A stretch of 63,711 nucleotides of DNA, filler included, from Chiloscyllium plagiosum (taxonomy: Eukaryota), in assembly GCF_004010195.1 (NCBI RefSeq). It is 3 parts of one record of this genome, joined end to end, with 100 filler letters (N's around TTAATTAATTAA, not from the genome) between each part and the next. Parts side by side here need not be neighbours in the genome. Positions count along the whole stretch, not along the records: positions 1 to 27,764 come from NC_057713.1; positions 27,865 to 58,441 come from NC_057713.1; 1 more part is not named here. One strand, written 5' to 3'. The position numbers and the translations under genes are program-made. Under the pieces are notes generated by a model. It did no database searches, was not told the origin of the DNA, and saw only the letters and a program-made list of their open reading frames with translations. Position 1 is the stretch's first letter, and every line of letters begins with the position of its first letter. Positions 24,840 through 38,261 of the stretch are shown piece after piece.

Positions 24840-26930
24840 CTTCCAATTAAACCTGTTGGACTATAACCTGGTGTTGCGTGATTTTTAACAGATAATAATG
24901 ATTAGCTAAACACCTTCTGTGCCTGTACACGAAAATCTAGATCTAGATGATCCATTTGCAGTGAAAGGCCTTCTAATTTTAAAGAATTTTCTCTCCTCTG
25001 CCATAAAACTAGACAATAGTCCAAAGCTAGGGGATTTAGCATTTGGAAAATATATCGTTCATACCACAACCCAGCTGTTATTCTGGGTCCCTTGCCAAAG
25101 TCCAAAGCCATGGGTAGGTTACATCTATTTATGTGGCAAATATGTGCAATAAGATTGCATATTTTGATGCAGAGGTGCTGGTGTTGGACTGGGGTGGATA
25201 TAGTCAAAAATCACACAACACCGGGTTATAATCCAACAGGTTTATTTGAAACTGCAAGCTTTCAGAGCACCTGCTCTGGATTCATGAATATTGTTTACAA
25301 AGTTAGTGAGTTAACACAGAATGTAGCATTGCTGTCGATGACATTCTACAAGAGATAGAAACATGTTTATGAAGTATTCATCATTAGTTTTATTCCCAGC
25401 TATTCCTCCGTTGATTTTGAGAGACTCTGCTCTGAGCTATTGATTACTAGCCTGTCCATACCCATTGTAACCTTTTCAAAGATCAGGCACAGGCCATATT
25501 AACTGAATGGCATCCTTCAATACTGTATGTTTCCAGGATATCGATCTGTACACACAGTCATGTGCAACTACTCTTTGAAGCAGCAATTACTGAAGTGAGT
25601 TCAGTTGAGTAAGGAGTTACCGTATTCCTCGCAAGGAGTTGGGCCTCAATCAGTTTGGTCTTCTGTAAACAAACTAAAGCCGTATGCACATATTCCAAAT
25701 ATTGGGTCCCAACCATCCTCTAAAATGTACAAATGATCTGACGCTAAATTCGGTTCGACTTGATAGCCCACGTGTCTCTGAAGAGCAATATAAAAACAAA
25801 TGTCAGCTCACAAACTTAACATAAATCCAAAAATAAAATGATGGGAAACTGCTCTAGGATAGACTAGGAAGCAGCTGTCATCATAAAATTTTAATAAGAA
25901 GCAGCCAGCATGAATTTGGAAGGGGGTGATGTTGCCTTATGTATCTGCTTCACCTCTCTCTCTCTCTCTCTCGGAAGGTTACAGTAAAGTCGATTTTGGC
26001 ACTGTGTCTGGTATAATTTAACTGAACAGCTGGAAACTTTGCGGTGGGTTCTGTAAGCAAATCATTTTAAAAACCACGGAAGATTATGATTCTGGCTAAA
26101 AATTAAAGTTGTAGAATTGTACAGTGCAGAAGAAGGCTATTCTGTTGATCATTCATGTGCTGACTCTTTCAAAGAACTATTCAACTAGTACCAATTCTCT
26201 GCTAAATTCCCAAACCTCTCCGTTTTTTTTTACGTACTCATCCAATCCCTTTTGAAACTTATTGCTGAACTTACTTCCATTATTCTTTCAGCAGCTCATT
26301 CCATCATTGCTGCATGAAACATGTTCTTATTGCCCCTCTTCTCTTTTGCCAATTATCTTACATTTGTGTCCCCTTCCTCCTAGTGACTGGTGCTTCTACT
26401 ATTTGAAGCAAGCATTAAGTCTCCCCTCCATTATTTGGTCTAAGGAGAGCAATCCCAGTTTCTTCACACTCCTGATACCAATCTCGCATTCCACTCTGCA
26501 TACTCTCAAATGCCCTGACATCTTTCTTAAAGTTTGGTAGTTAGAACTGGACATAATTTTATTAAAAATGATAAACAGTGTCTAGTCATATGAGGTGTTA
26601 AGTCTGCTCAAGAGATCTTTCCACAGGATTGTGTGTTCGATCTGCAGTGCCAGCCTGTAATACAAAGCTCTACAAATAACTGCCAACAGGAAAATAGGAG
26701 CAGCAGTCAAAACAGAATAATAAAAACTTTGCTGGAAGTATTTAGACTTGCATTGCAATTGGACAGGCAAATAAACTTTAACACTAGATAGGTTTAAAAG
26801 AAAATCAGTCCAACCTTAACAATAACTTGTAGACACATAGCACCTACAATGTAATGCAACAACAATTGTTTACTTGTGTAGCACTTTCATTATGATGAAA
26901 CATCCATTAAAGGAGTATTATAAGATGAAG

Positions 26931-27350
26931 TGTGTAACATAAGATAGAGAGGTATCATGGTTTAGGGAGGTAATTCCAGAGCTTGGAGCCTAGGCAACAG
27001 AAAGCACAGGCAGTAATGGCAGAGCAATTAAAATGAGGGATGCTCAAAAGGTCAGAATTGGAGGAGAGCAGGTATCTTGGAGGGTTTAGGGCTTGGGTTG
27101 AATTTTAAACAAAATGAGAGTTGTAAAATCAGGGCATTGTTGTGTAACATAAGATAGAGAGGCATCATGGTTTAGGGAGGTAATTCCAGAGCTTGGAGCC
27201 TAGGCAACAGAAAGTACAGGCAGTAATGGCAGAGCAATTAAAATGAGGGGTGCTCAAAAGGTCAGAATTGGAGGAGAGCAGGTATCTTGGAGGGTTTAGG
27301 GCTTGGGTTGAATTTTAAACAAAATGAGAGTTGTAAAATCAGGGCATTGT
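26931..27350. repeat. Tandem duplication, 2 x 210 bp
   Basis: 26931-27140 repeated at 27141-27350 with 3 substitutions by eye. Confidence 0.95.
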
Positions 27351-27549
27351 TTGACTGGGAAACAGTGTAGGTATAGGACTGAAGATCTGAGAAACAGGAG
27401 AAAACATGGAATGATACAAAAATTGCAAAGGAGAGTAAATAAGTTTGCTGGTCCTTGAAACAAGAGCTGAGCAATTGGTGATTGGGATAGAGATCAATTC
27501 TTACAGAAGTTGTTATATTAATCAGGTTCAAAGTGATCTTTGGAGTAAC

Positions 27550-28037
27550 TTTGCTGAAAAATGTGTTGCTGGAAAAGGCAGCATCCAAGGAGCAGGAGAA
27601 TCGATGTTTCGGGCATAAGCCCTTCTTCAGGAATGAGGAAGGTGTGCTAAGCAGGCTAAGATAAAAGGTAGGGAGGAGGGACTTGGGGGAGGGGCATTGG
27701 GAATGCGATAGATGGAAGGAGGTTAAGGTGAGGGTGATAGGCCGGAGAGGGAGTGGGGGCGGAGNNNNNNNNNNNNNNNNNNNNNNNNNNNNNNNNNNNN
27801 NNNNNNNNTTAATTAATTAANNNNNNNNNNNNNNNNNNNNNNNNNNNNNNNNNNNNNNNNNNNNAGGTGTCCTCGAGTTGGCGTTTGGCTTCAGCGATGT
27901 AGAGGTCAGTGCGCCAGACTACCACTGCGCCCCCTTTGTCCGCTGGCTTGATGGTGAGGTCAGGATTGGAGCAGAGTGATTGGAGGGCTGCGCGTTGTGA
28001 GGGTGAGAGGTTGGAGTGGGGGAGGGGGGTCGACAGG
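27550..28037 (-). mobile_element. Penelope-like element (family B) spanning an assembly gap: RT N-terminal fragment plus 3' region with hammerhead
   Basis: - strand 28036-27866 translates LSTPLPHSNLSPSQRAALQSLCSNPDLTIKPADKGGAVVVWRTDLYIAEAKRQLEDT (PLE RT KPADKG motif); hammerhead AUUC CUGAAGA A GGGC UUAU GCCC GAAA C AUC GAUU at 27599-27634. Confidence 0.85.
27765..27864. other. Assembly gap with TTAATTAATTAA linker
   Basis: 44 N + TTAATTAATTAA + 44 N. Confidence 0.97.
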
Positions 28038-29600
28038 TTATCTATTTACCCTATCCATGCCCCTCATGATTTTACAAACCTCCATAAGGTCACCACTTAA
28101 CCTCCTACTCTCCAGGGAAAACAGCCCCAGCCTATTTAGCCTCTCCCTATAGTTCAAACCCTCCAACCCTAGCAACATGCTTGTAAATCTTTTCTGAACC
28201 CTTTCAAGTTTCACAACATCTTTCTGATAGGAAGTAGACCAGAACTGCACACGGTATTCAAAAAGTGGCCTAACCAATGTCCTGTACAGCCACAGCACGA
28301 ACTCCCAACTCCTATACTCAATACTCTGACCAATAAAGGAAAGCATACCAAATGCCACCTTCACTATTCTATCTACCTGCGACTCTACTTTCAAGAAACA
28401 ATGAACCTGCATTCCAAGGTCTTTGTTCAGCAACACTCCCCAGGACCTTACCACTAAGTGTATAAATCTTGTTCTGATTTGCTTTTCCAAAATCCAGCAC
28501 CTCACATTTATCTAAACTAAATTCCATCTACCACCCCTCAGCCCATCTGATCAAGATCCCATCGTACTCCAAGGTAACTACATCTCCAATTTTAGTGTCA
28601 TCTGCAACTTACTAACTGTACTTCTTATGTTCACATCCAAATCATTTTTATAAATGACAAAAAATAGTGGACCCAGCACCAATCCTTGTGGCACATCACT
28701 GGTCACAGGCATCCGGTCTGAAAGGCAACCCTTCACCAACACCCTCTGTCTTTGATCTTCGAGGCAGTTCTGTATTCAAATGGCTACTTCTCCCTGTATT
28801 CCATGAGACCTAACCTTGCTAACCAGTCTCCCATGGTAAACCTTGTCGAATGCCTAATGATGTCCATACAGATCACATCCACTCATCAATCCTCTTTATT
28901 ACTTCTTCAAAAAACTAAGTTCATGAAACATTATTTCCCACACACAAAGCCATGCTGACTATTCTAAAAGTCCTTACCATTCCAATTAAATGTAAATCCT
29001 GTCCCTCAAGATATCCTCCAACAACTCGGCCACTACCGATGTCAGGCTCACTGATCTAGAGTTCCCTGACTTGTCCTTACCACTCTTCTTAAATAGTGAC
29101 ACCATGTTATCCAACCTCAAGTCTTTTGGCACCTCACTTGTGACAATCGATGATATACATATTTCAGAAAGGGGCCCAATCACTTCCCTAGCTTCCCACA
29201 GAGTTAGGGCGTACACGTGATCAGGTTCTGGGGATTTATTGACTTTTGTGCGTTCCAAGACATCCAGCACCAACACCCACCCCACCTCCCTCAGTATTTA
29301 TGGACATTTTTCAAGATGTCACTGTCTATTTCCCCACATTCTATATCTTCCGTGTCCTTCTCCACAGTAAACACTGATTATTTCCCCATCTCCTGCACCT
29401 CCACACATAGGCTGTCTTGTTGATTTTTGAGTGGCCTTATTCTCTACCTTGTTACCCATTTGTCCTTTAATCTATTTGTAAAACCCCCTTTGATTATCCT
29501 AACCCTAGCTACTAAAGCTATCTCATGTTCCCTTTTTGCCCTCCTAATTTCCTTCTTAAGTACACTTCTACTGCCTCTATACTCTAATAAAGATTCGCTT
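28038..29600 (-). mobile_element. CR1 LINE ORF2 fragment
   Basis: ORFs 28038-28505 (LYRTLVRPLFEYRVQFWS, LERVQKRFT) and 28986-29285 (KSPEPD, RSVSLTSVV). Confidence 0.93.
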
Positions 29601-29983
29601 CATAACTGAACGATATAAACTGTTATTATCTATCTTCTCGAGTCCTCTGTCAAGTACTCCTGTAACACTGCCCTATCCCCTCTCCCTATTATTCTGGTTC
29701 GGAATCTGTTGTGCAATGCAGTGAAGTCAAAATAACATTTCAGAGGATGCAACTGAACAACTTATGAATGCCACACTTACCAGAAAACTCTTCACCTTGA
29801 CCTTGGTCACCTCTATAATTCCAAACCACTAACAACACATATCGGTCCATTGCAAGGTTTGATAAGAACAGATCACCGTACGATGAACAGACGAGCTCAT
29901 TAAAAGTCGGCTGGTGTGTGTTTTCTCATTTTGAGCTTCTCCAGGGCACTGCCTCTACAAATCGGCGGCCCCACAGACTTCCT

Positions 29984-30483
29984 NNNNNNNNNNNNNNNNN
30001 NNNNNNNNNNNNNNNNNNNNNNNNNNNNNNNNNNNNNNNNNNNNNNNNNNNNNNNNNNNNNNNNNNNNNNNNNNNNNNNNNNNNNNNNNNNNNNNNNNNN
30101 NNNNNNNNNNNNNNNNNNNNNNNNNNNNNNNNNNNNNNNNNNNNNNNNNNNNNNNNNNNNNNNNNNNNNNNNNNNNNNNNNNNNNNNNNNNNNNNNNNNN
30201 NNNNNNNNNNNNNNNNNNNNNNNNNNNNNNNNNNNNNNNNNNNNNNNNNNNNNNNNNNNNNNNNNNNNNNNNNNNNNNNNNNNNNNNNNNNNNNNNNNNN
30301 NNNNNNNNNNNNNNNNNNNNNNNNNNNNNNNNNNNNNNNNNNNNNNNNNNNNNNNNNNNNNNNNNNNNNNNNNNNNNNNNNNNNNNNNNNNNNNNNNNNN
30401 NNNNNNNNNNNNNNNNNNNNNNNNNNNNNNNNNNNNNNNNNNNNNNNNNNNNNNNNNNNNNNNNNNNNNNNNNNNNNNNNNNN
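29984..30483. other. Assembly gap (500 N)
   Basis: Run of N. Confidence 0.99.
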
Positions 30484-30658
30484 AGGGTATTCGCTGTTGA
30501 AACGTGGGAAAGCGCAGCCCTCAGTGTGAGCACGGCAAGATCCCACAAACAGCAGCGTGATTCCGAGAAAGTGGTCTGTTTCTGGGATCGTAGGATGTAT
30601 GCAGCATCTGTGAAGAGATAAACAGTTCACTTTTGGAATCGGTTCCAGAAAGACCCAG

Positions 30659-31086
30659 CCAAAAATGAGGATTGCAGATGCTGGAAACCAGAGTTTAGAT
30701 CAGAGTGGTGCTGGAAAAGCACAGCAGGTCAGGCAGCGTCCGAGCATAGACGTTTCTGGCAAAAGCCCTTCATCAGGAATAGAGACAGGAAGCCTCCAGG
30801 GTGGAGCGATAAATGGAGGGGCCGGGGCCGGGGCCTGGGAAGAAGGTAGCAAAGAGTAGCTTCAGGACAGAGGGGATGACCTGGGGTTGCAGTGAGAGAG
30901 AGACTAACTGAAATTTTTGTGGAGAGAGGAGGAGATGCCTATCTTGAAGAAGTTCTCCTCACCTCCACCTGGAGGCTTCCTGCTTCTATTCGTGATGAAC
31001 GGCTTTTGCCCAAAACGTCAATTTTTCTGCTCCTCGGATGCTGCCTGACCTGTGCTTTTCCAGCAATACTCCGATCTAAACTCTGC
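30659..31086. mobile_element. Palindromic PLE-derived element (family B), two decayed hammerheads
   Basis: Arms ~30688-30805 and ~30962-31085; TSD AAAGACCCAG at 30649-30658 and 31087-31096. Confidence 0.85.
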
Positions 31087-31705
31087 AAAGACCCAGTCTC
31101 CTGGGGAGGGGGAATATAGTTTTGGCACGAATTGCTCATACTGAGATATTTGTTATTACCAAGAGAACTGTGAACAGATGCAAAGATGAGAATTGCCAAT
31201 TGCCCAATGACTGATACTTTGCCTTCAGTGATATTACTCATTATTCTTAAGTTGAAAGGAAAGCCTGATTTCAAGGTTACTAATCCCAGTACTGCTGGAA
31301 ATTAATCATCCATGCACTTCTAGCTTTCAGAGCTATGTTCATCATTACTTCTCCAAGTGGAATGCTTGCTCTCCCAAATCCTATTATGTGCCAAGTTAGA
31401 CAATGAATCAATCGGTCATAAATAGCCAAGGGTTTGAATGTTCTGTCATCAAGGATATCATTCTCAAACAAATTCATTCACAAAATGCTCAATCTTCACT
31501 CTGTCCAACACCCCCTCCCTATCTCAAAACAAGCTAATACCACTGTTCCCATCTGAAAGGATGGTTATAAACAAGTGATGTGCTTGAGTTTGAATTACTG
31601 TTGATTCAACTTTAGACGCTGATTTTTTTTCTTCAGACAAATTGGATAGTGTCAAGTAAATGTTTTCTTAGTTGAAGAAAGGTATGGACAGCAAATGTAT
31701 TTTTT

Positions 31706-31995
31706 TTAGATTAGATTACTTCGTGTGGAAACAGGCCCTTCGGCCCAACAAGTCCACACCGACCCTCAACCCACCCAGACCCATTCCCCTACATTTACCC
31801 CTGCCCCTAAGACTACGGACAATTTAGCATAGCCAATTCACTTAACCTGCACGTTTTTGGACTGTGGGAGGAAACCGGAGGAAACCCACGGACACTGGGA
31901 GAATGTGCAAACTCCACACAGTCCGTCGCCTGAGGTGGGAATTGAACCTGGGTCTCTGGCTCTGTGAGGCAGCAGTGCTAACCACCGTGCTGCCC
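31706..31995 (-). mobile_element. HE1-type V-SINE
   Basis: Same family signature as 14568-14879, with small deletions. Confidence 0.9.
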
Positions 31996-32189
31996 AACGG
32001 CAAAGCGTAAAGGTATCTTTATATTAAAATGATGAGATGCACCAAAATGGGTGACATTGTTACAGCATCTCTGAAAGAGTTTCTTAGGGTAGATGTTTCG
32101 AACAATCTGCGTAGAGATATTATTGCACATGTCTAGAACAGGTAGAACGTGAACGCAGGCCTCCTGGCTCAGTGTAGAGACAGTCAACT

Positions 32190-32995
32190 GCACCAGAAGA
32201 GCCCTGAGTTCCTCAGGATAGTAGCCTGAGCCCAACCATTTTCAGCAGTTCATCAATAACCTTCCCACCATCATAAGGTCAGAAGTGGGGATTTGTGTTG
32301 ATGATTGCATAATATTCAGACTTGGGGTGACGGGTAGCAAATAAAGTTTGTGCTATACAACTACCAGATAATGACCATCTCCAAAAAGAGAGAATCTAAC
32401 ATTGCCCCTTGACATCCATTGGTGTTAATATCACTGAATCCCCCACAATCACCATGCTGGGGGATGTCATTGACTAGAAACAGCTGGACTAGCCATGTAA
32501 ATACGGTCACTACAAGAGCAAGTCAGAGGCTAGGAATACTGCAGTGAGTAACTCACCACCTGATTTCCCCCAAAACCTGTCCACCATCTACAAGCAGGAA
32601 TGTGATGGAATACTCTACAGTTGACTGGATGACTGCAGCTCCAACAGTACTCCAGAGACTTGATATCATCTTGGACAAAGCAGCTCACATGATTGGCACT
32701 GTATTCCAAGCATCGATTCCCACCAGTAGTAGAAGTAGTAGTGTGTCTACAAGATGAACTGCAATAACTCACCCAGGCGCTTTAGACAGCACATTCCATA
32801 GCCAAGACCACTTCCATCTAGAAGGACAAGGGCAGTGATTATTGGGTGCTTCAGTGTTAACGGGTCAATATCCTGGAACATTTCTCTTTCCCCCCCAACC
32901 CTCAACATCACTGTTGGACTGCAGGAATTCAAGAAGGCAGCTCACTATCTCTTTGAAGGCAACTAGGGATAGGTAATACATTCACATCCCATGAA
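32190..32995 (+). mobile_element. L2/CR1-group LINE 3' fragment
   Basis: VPQDSSL..PTIF..FINNLPTIIRSEVGICVDDC (decayed RT PQGS and FADD motifs); 3' end TTCAAGAAGGCAGCTCAC...CACATCCCATGAA. Confidence 0.75.
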
Positions 32996-33754
32996 TTAAT
33001 TTTTTTAAAAAATCAATAATCAATTGATATAATAAATGAAACTTAATAGATCTGGCATTGGTATTTTCTCAACAGGAATGAAATACTAAAGAAATTACAA
33101 TTTAATTTTTCGGGTATTTCATTCCTGTTAATATTGTATTTTCTCACAGTGATGGAATTCTGACATGAATCAGTCATATAAGAGTCTGAATCAGGCTGGA
33201 ACTCCTCTTAGCAAAAAGAATAACAAGAGCTTTCATTTCTATTTGAGCTTCAGATAAAGTCTTCATCAAAGAGAGATGTTTTTAGCAGTGCTTTAAAGAA
33301 GGTGAGAGAAGTAGAGAGACTTGTGGAAAGAATTTCAGTGCTGGGAGGTTCTGCCTCAGCAGGTTCTTTCACGAGGGGTGGGTTCTGTTTCAGAATTTCA
33401 AACTTAACCATTCATTGTGTGATCCACCAAGGTAATGTTCTTACATTTTCAAATTAAAACAATGGCAACTTGCTGGAAAGAATAATGTAGAATAAATAAG
33501 GAGAAGGCTGATCGTGGAAGCACTGCAGAAATTTTGAAATCGGTAGGGTTACTCCTACATAGCATTCAAATACATTTATCCTGTTTTTTAGAGCACTTTG
33601 GCAGGGAAAGAAATTATATACAGTCCTTTAACCAGAATTAGATGTAACTGGCTACTTGATCATGTTTGTTGTACAGCTATGAAGAATTTGAAGTTAACAC
33701 TGATCTAGTATATTTATCTGCTTAGATAATTGGCCTGGTTGTCCAGTAATTTTT

Positions 33755-35780
33755 TTTTGCATTTGTTCGTATGATGCTGGCATCACTAACTAGGGTGACA
33801 TTGATTTCCCATCCCTTATTGCCCTGAAGGAGGTCATGGTGAGCTGCCTTCTTAAACTGTTGGCAGTGTTGGGTTTTGGGACACACACAATACGGTTAGG
33901 ACAGGAATTCCAGGACTTTTCCTCATAGAAGGTGAAAGAACAAGGATATAGTTCCAAGTCTGGGTGGCTTGTGGCTTGGAAGGATAGGTAGTGGTTTTCC
34001 ATGTATCGGCTGTCCTTGTCCTTCTTGGATGATCGAGGGCACAGACTTGAAAGATACTGTTGGAGGAGCTTTGGTGAGTTCCTACAGTGCACCTTATAGA
34101 TGGTAAGCCCTGCAGCTACTGTGCATTGGTGGTGAAGCAAGTGAATCTTGAATATGGTGGATGAGGTTCCAGCTGGGTGACTACTTTGCCCTGGTCAGTG
34201 TCCTGCTTTTGAGTTTGGTTGGAACTGCACTCATCCAGGCAAGTAGAAAGTATTCCATTACACTCCCGACTTGTGCCTTGTAGATCGTGCGCAGGCATTG
34301 GGGAGATAGGTGAGTTAATCATCGCAGAATTTCTAGCCTCTGACTTGCTCTCGTTGTCACAGTATTTATGTGGCTACAAATTCTGGTAAATAGTAATCCT
34401 AAGATGTTGATAATGGTGGATTTAGGAATGGTGATTTTAGTACTGGCAGTGGTGATACAATCATTAATTTTTTTTATACAGAATTAGATACACTGATGCT
34501 TGAGTCATAGAGAAGTTGATACGTTAACTCTGTTTCTCTCTCCTCAGATGCTGCCAGATCTGTGGAGTTTTCAGTAGATTATTGCAGTCAAGAGAATCAA
34601 TGCTTACTGGGTATAAATGGAAATGTGGAATTCGAAATCCAAAAACATCAACAATGATCTTATTGAATGATTGGGTAGACCCAAGGGGTTAAATAGTCCA
34701 TTCCTGCTCTTAGTTTGCATATTCATATGTTTGCAATCTGCTTGAATTTCAATAAGTGATGGTTAGATTCTCGTTGGAAGTGGTAATGATCTGGCCTTTT
34801 TATGGCATAATATTCCTTGCCAGTTATCAGCCAAAGCCTGAATTCTTGCTGCATTTGAGCATGGTCTGCTTCAGCATCTGAGGAGTGGTGAATGGTGCTG
34901 AACACTGTACGTTTATTAACAAACATCTGCACTCCTTACGCTATGATGGAGGGAAGGTCATTGATGAAGCACCTAAAGATGATTGGCCTAGGACAGTACG
35001 CTGAGGAACTCCTCCAGTGTTATCATGGACCTGATAGGTCAACAGCCATCTTCCCTTAAGCTATGTGTGACTCTAAGCAGCAGTCAGTGTTCTCTCTGAT
35101 TCCCATTGACTCTGTTTTTGCTAGAACTCCTTAATACAATACTTAATCAAATGTGGCCTTGACATCACCTCCCACCTCTTCTCTGTAGCTCAGCTGTCTT
35201 GTCTATGTTTGGATCAAGGCTATAAATGCAGTCAGGAACTGAGTGGCCTGGGCAAATCCCAAACTGAGTGTCAGTGAGCTTTACCACTTGATCAGACTAT
35301 CAGTGACACCTTCCACCACTTTACTGATGATCAAGAGTACAATGCCTAGGTTAGATTTGTCCAGCAAGTAATGCATAGGGCATACCTGAGCAATTTTCCA
35401 TATTGTTGGGTCAATGTCAGTGTTGAGGTTTTTGGAAGAGCTTAATTTTGGGACTCCATTAGTTCAGGAGCACTTGCCTTCAATACTATTGCCAGACTGT
35501 TGTCAGGGCCCATAGCTTTTGCAGTATCTGATGCATCCAGCCATTTCTCAGTATTACATAGGATGAATCAAAATTTCAAATTGATTGAAAACTGGCATCC
35601 GTGATGTTGGTGACCCCAGGAGGAGGCCAAGGTGGATAATCCATTTGGCACTTCTGGCTGAAGATGAACACATACTACAGCCTTACCTTTGCACTCTGAC
35701 ACCAATGTGTGCTTGCTGAGCTGTGGTCCAGCACTTGTAAAACGTATGCACAGGCTTTCTGATGCACTTAGCCTCAAATG
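33755..35780 (-). mobile_element. L2/CR1-group LINE fragment, interrupted at ~34430-34725
   Basis: - strand GVPQRTVLG...CFINDLPSII...MFVNK; same family as 32190-32995. Confidence 0.75.
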
Positions 35781-36436
35781 ATTCAATCATTGATTCTGCC
35801 ATGTAACTAGCTTCAAAACTTTGATGATCACCAATTTGCCATTCGAACAGGTTCAGATTGATTTGCACCAGAGAAATATATTTGATATGCTAAAACACTG
35901 CAAGGCAAGTTATGTTAAACTATAAAGCAAATAAATTATTAAAGCCCATAAAGATTTAATTAATGAATAACCTTGTCATTTGGTCTCAGTTTGGGTTAAA
36001 ATTGTATCCTTTGTGACTTTTGATAGTTGTTCCAGTATGTTGTCGCTGTTATTTCTTTTATTTGTGCAAATTGTAGGTTTTATTTACTTTCTTTATGGCA
36101 ATGGAGATATCTTTTTGTAGACCGTTTGATGATGGCCACAACTGAATGTAGTCAGCTCTCAACAGGCAGCAGTACTCCTAGTTCACTGCAATACTGCTTG
36201 TCTCAGTTAGTACTTCACTCATAATTTGCACTAGAGATTGGTGGCATTATTTAACTATGAAATGGTATAGGACAGAAGATGGCCAGTTAACCCATATTGC
36301 TGATCCTTAGAAAAAGCTATTCATTTAGTGCCATTCCCTGATCTTCTACCTAGCCCTGATTTTTATTTTCCTTTACATGTGTATATCTAATTCCTTTTGA
36401 AAGTTCCCACTGCATTTGATTCCATTATATACGTGA

Positions 36437-36846
36437 GAGTCGTGGCTCACTGTGTAAACTCTCGTCTCCGGGTCAGCAGAGTGTGCTCAAGTCTCTGGAG
36501 TGGACTCGAGTCAATACTCCAGCTTGATCCTCCAGTGTTGGATGTGCAGACTTCTGGATGAGATGGTAAACCCCAAAGCCCTGTTTGTCTGTGCAGGTGG
36601 ATATAAAAGATACCACGGCCAAATCTTCCAAAGAAGACCAGGAGAGTTCTCCCCCAAGTCATAGGCAATATTTATATCCCAACCAACACAAAGCATACAG
36701 GTTATCTAGTCTTGATCATGCTGTGTGGAATCTTGCTATGTGCATAGTGATTCCTCAATTAAAAAAGTGATTAAACTGCAAGTATTAGCTGCAAAGATAT
36801 ATCCTGAGGTTGTGGTATGTAGTGTAGAAAAGCAAGCCTTTCTTTT
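36437..36846 (+). mobile_element. SacSINE/Deu-type SINE
   Basis: tRNA-like head GTCGTGGCTCA...TCAAGTC; body CAGGTGGATATAAAAGAT...GAAGACCAGGAGAGTTCTCCC. Confidence 0.7.
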
Positions 36847-38243
36847 AGGCAGCGTGTTCCAGAGCATAATGATTTTGTAGAAATTATTAATATTTTCCCT
36901 GTGGTTCTTTTGTCACTCACCTTAAATACCTGTATATTACTCACATCGCTGACATTGAACTGCATCTTCCTTATCTCTCCTATCAAAACTTTTGTATTGA
37001 ATCCTCCAATCCCTGTAACCTTAGAGAAAGTCATAAAAACAGGCCATTTAACCCACCGTGTCTGTGCTGACCATCAAACACCAAATCTCACCAATCACAT
37101 TTACCTGCACTTAGTCCACAACCTACTCTGCCCGCATTTTAAGTATTCATCCAGATGTTTCTTACATTTTGTGAGAGTATGGCATTTGCCATTGCTCTGC
37201 CTCATTTGGCAACTTGTCAATATCAGACAGCAGCCTGAGCTCATTCTCCTAACCATCAATAACGCCACCAATTTTTGTAGCCTTCACCACTCTCGGATGA
37301 AAGCTAGCTACTTCAGTCTCTCAACTTAACTGAAGTTCCTCATCCCCAACAGCATTCTAGTAAATCTTCAAGGCCTTGATATCTTTCCTAAAGTTCCCAG
37401 AACTAGATACAACTTTCAGCTGAGACCTCATCAGGTTTAACATCTCATCCATTATTATGGTCAATAATTTTGTTATGATGTGAATTATATCTTACCTGCT
37501 TGAAACCTCCTCCTTTCTTTGTGTTCCAGCAATGGGCTTCCTTTTCAAAAATTTGGTATTTGATTGATGCCAAGATGCAGCCACCTGGAAAGATTGCGAC
37601 AATGTGTTCAGTCAGGCTACAGGGGAAACATAAGCCTATCTACCATGCACTGAGTAAGTACACAAAATCTTTGCAGCCTTCCTGAATGGAATCTTACATT
37701 TAAGACCTGAGATTTGATTGACAGCGAGGGTAATTGGAATTTTGCACTGCCAATGATCCAGGTAGTGCTGATCCAGAGCAACAAAACCTGCTAATCTCTT
37801 TGGGTAACGCTCAGATTTGGAGAAATACTCTCCCTCAGTATATTGAGACTCTTTAATGGAGCTGGTCAACATTTCCAAATAAGGGCTGATATTTGGTTCA
37901 TTGCTTCACTGAATGAGCCACAATGAAAGCATTTTGTCAATTTTCCCCACAAACCTGCTGTAAATTTATTAAATCTTTACACAAAAATGCAGCACTGCGA
38001 TAATTCTTAAATAATCTGGGGGAAAATCTAGTGCAGCTGATTTAGTAATTACCCCTGCTCCATGAAATGTGATATGAGGTCAAATTCAAACCTGGGATTA
38101 ATTTCCAAAAACTCTCTTCAGTTGAGATAAAGTTGATAAAGAGCTATGCTTTAGAAATAAGTTTATTTGTTTTGTAAGCTGTGATCACTCCAGGCCTGCA
38201 GTAAATGAAATCATGTGAAAAACTAAGTGTAATATTTAACTGT

Positions 38244-38261
38244 TGCCACTAGATGGTAGCA
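38244..38261 (+). promoter_or_regulatory. Candidate CTCF binding site
   Basis: TGCCACTAGATGGTAGCA matches the CCASYAGRKGGCRS core with one mismatch, in apparently unique sequence. Confidence 0.5.

Larger units (their letters stand above)
24676..24893. mobile_element. Palindromic hammerhead mini-element (family C, PLE-like)
   Basis: Arms ~24709-24799 and ~24801-24889; TSD AATAATGATT at 24666-24675 and 24894-24903; 33 nt one-sided tail. Confidence 0.9.

Noticed and set aside
25537..25600. Small AG...GTGAGT exon candidate
   Set aside because: Weak polypyrimidine tract, unrecognised peptide, no partner exons.
27809..27820. TTAATTAATTAA palindrome inside N runs (also 58486-58497)
   Set aside because: Identical 44N-12bp-44N format at both sites: a synthetic scaffolding linker, not biology.
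29916..30630. Four long ORFs of 194-234 aa
   Set aside because: Composed of X residues from the 500 N gap.
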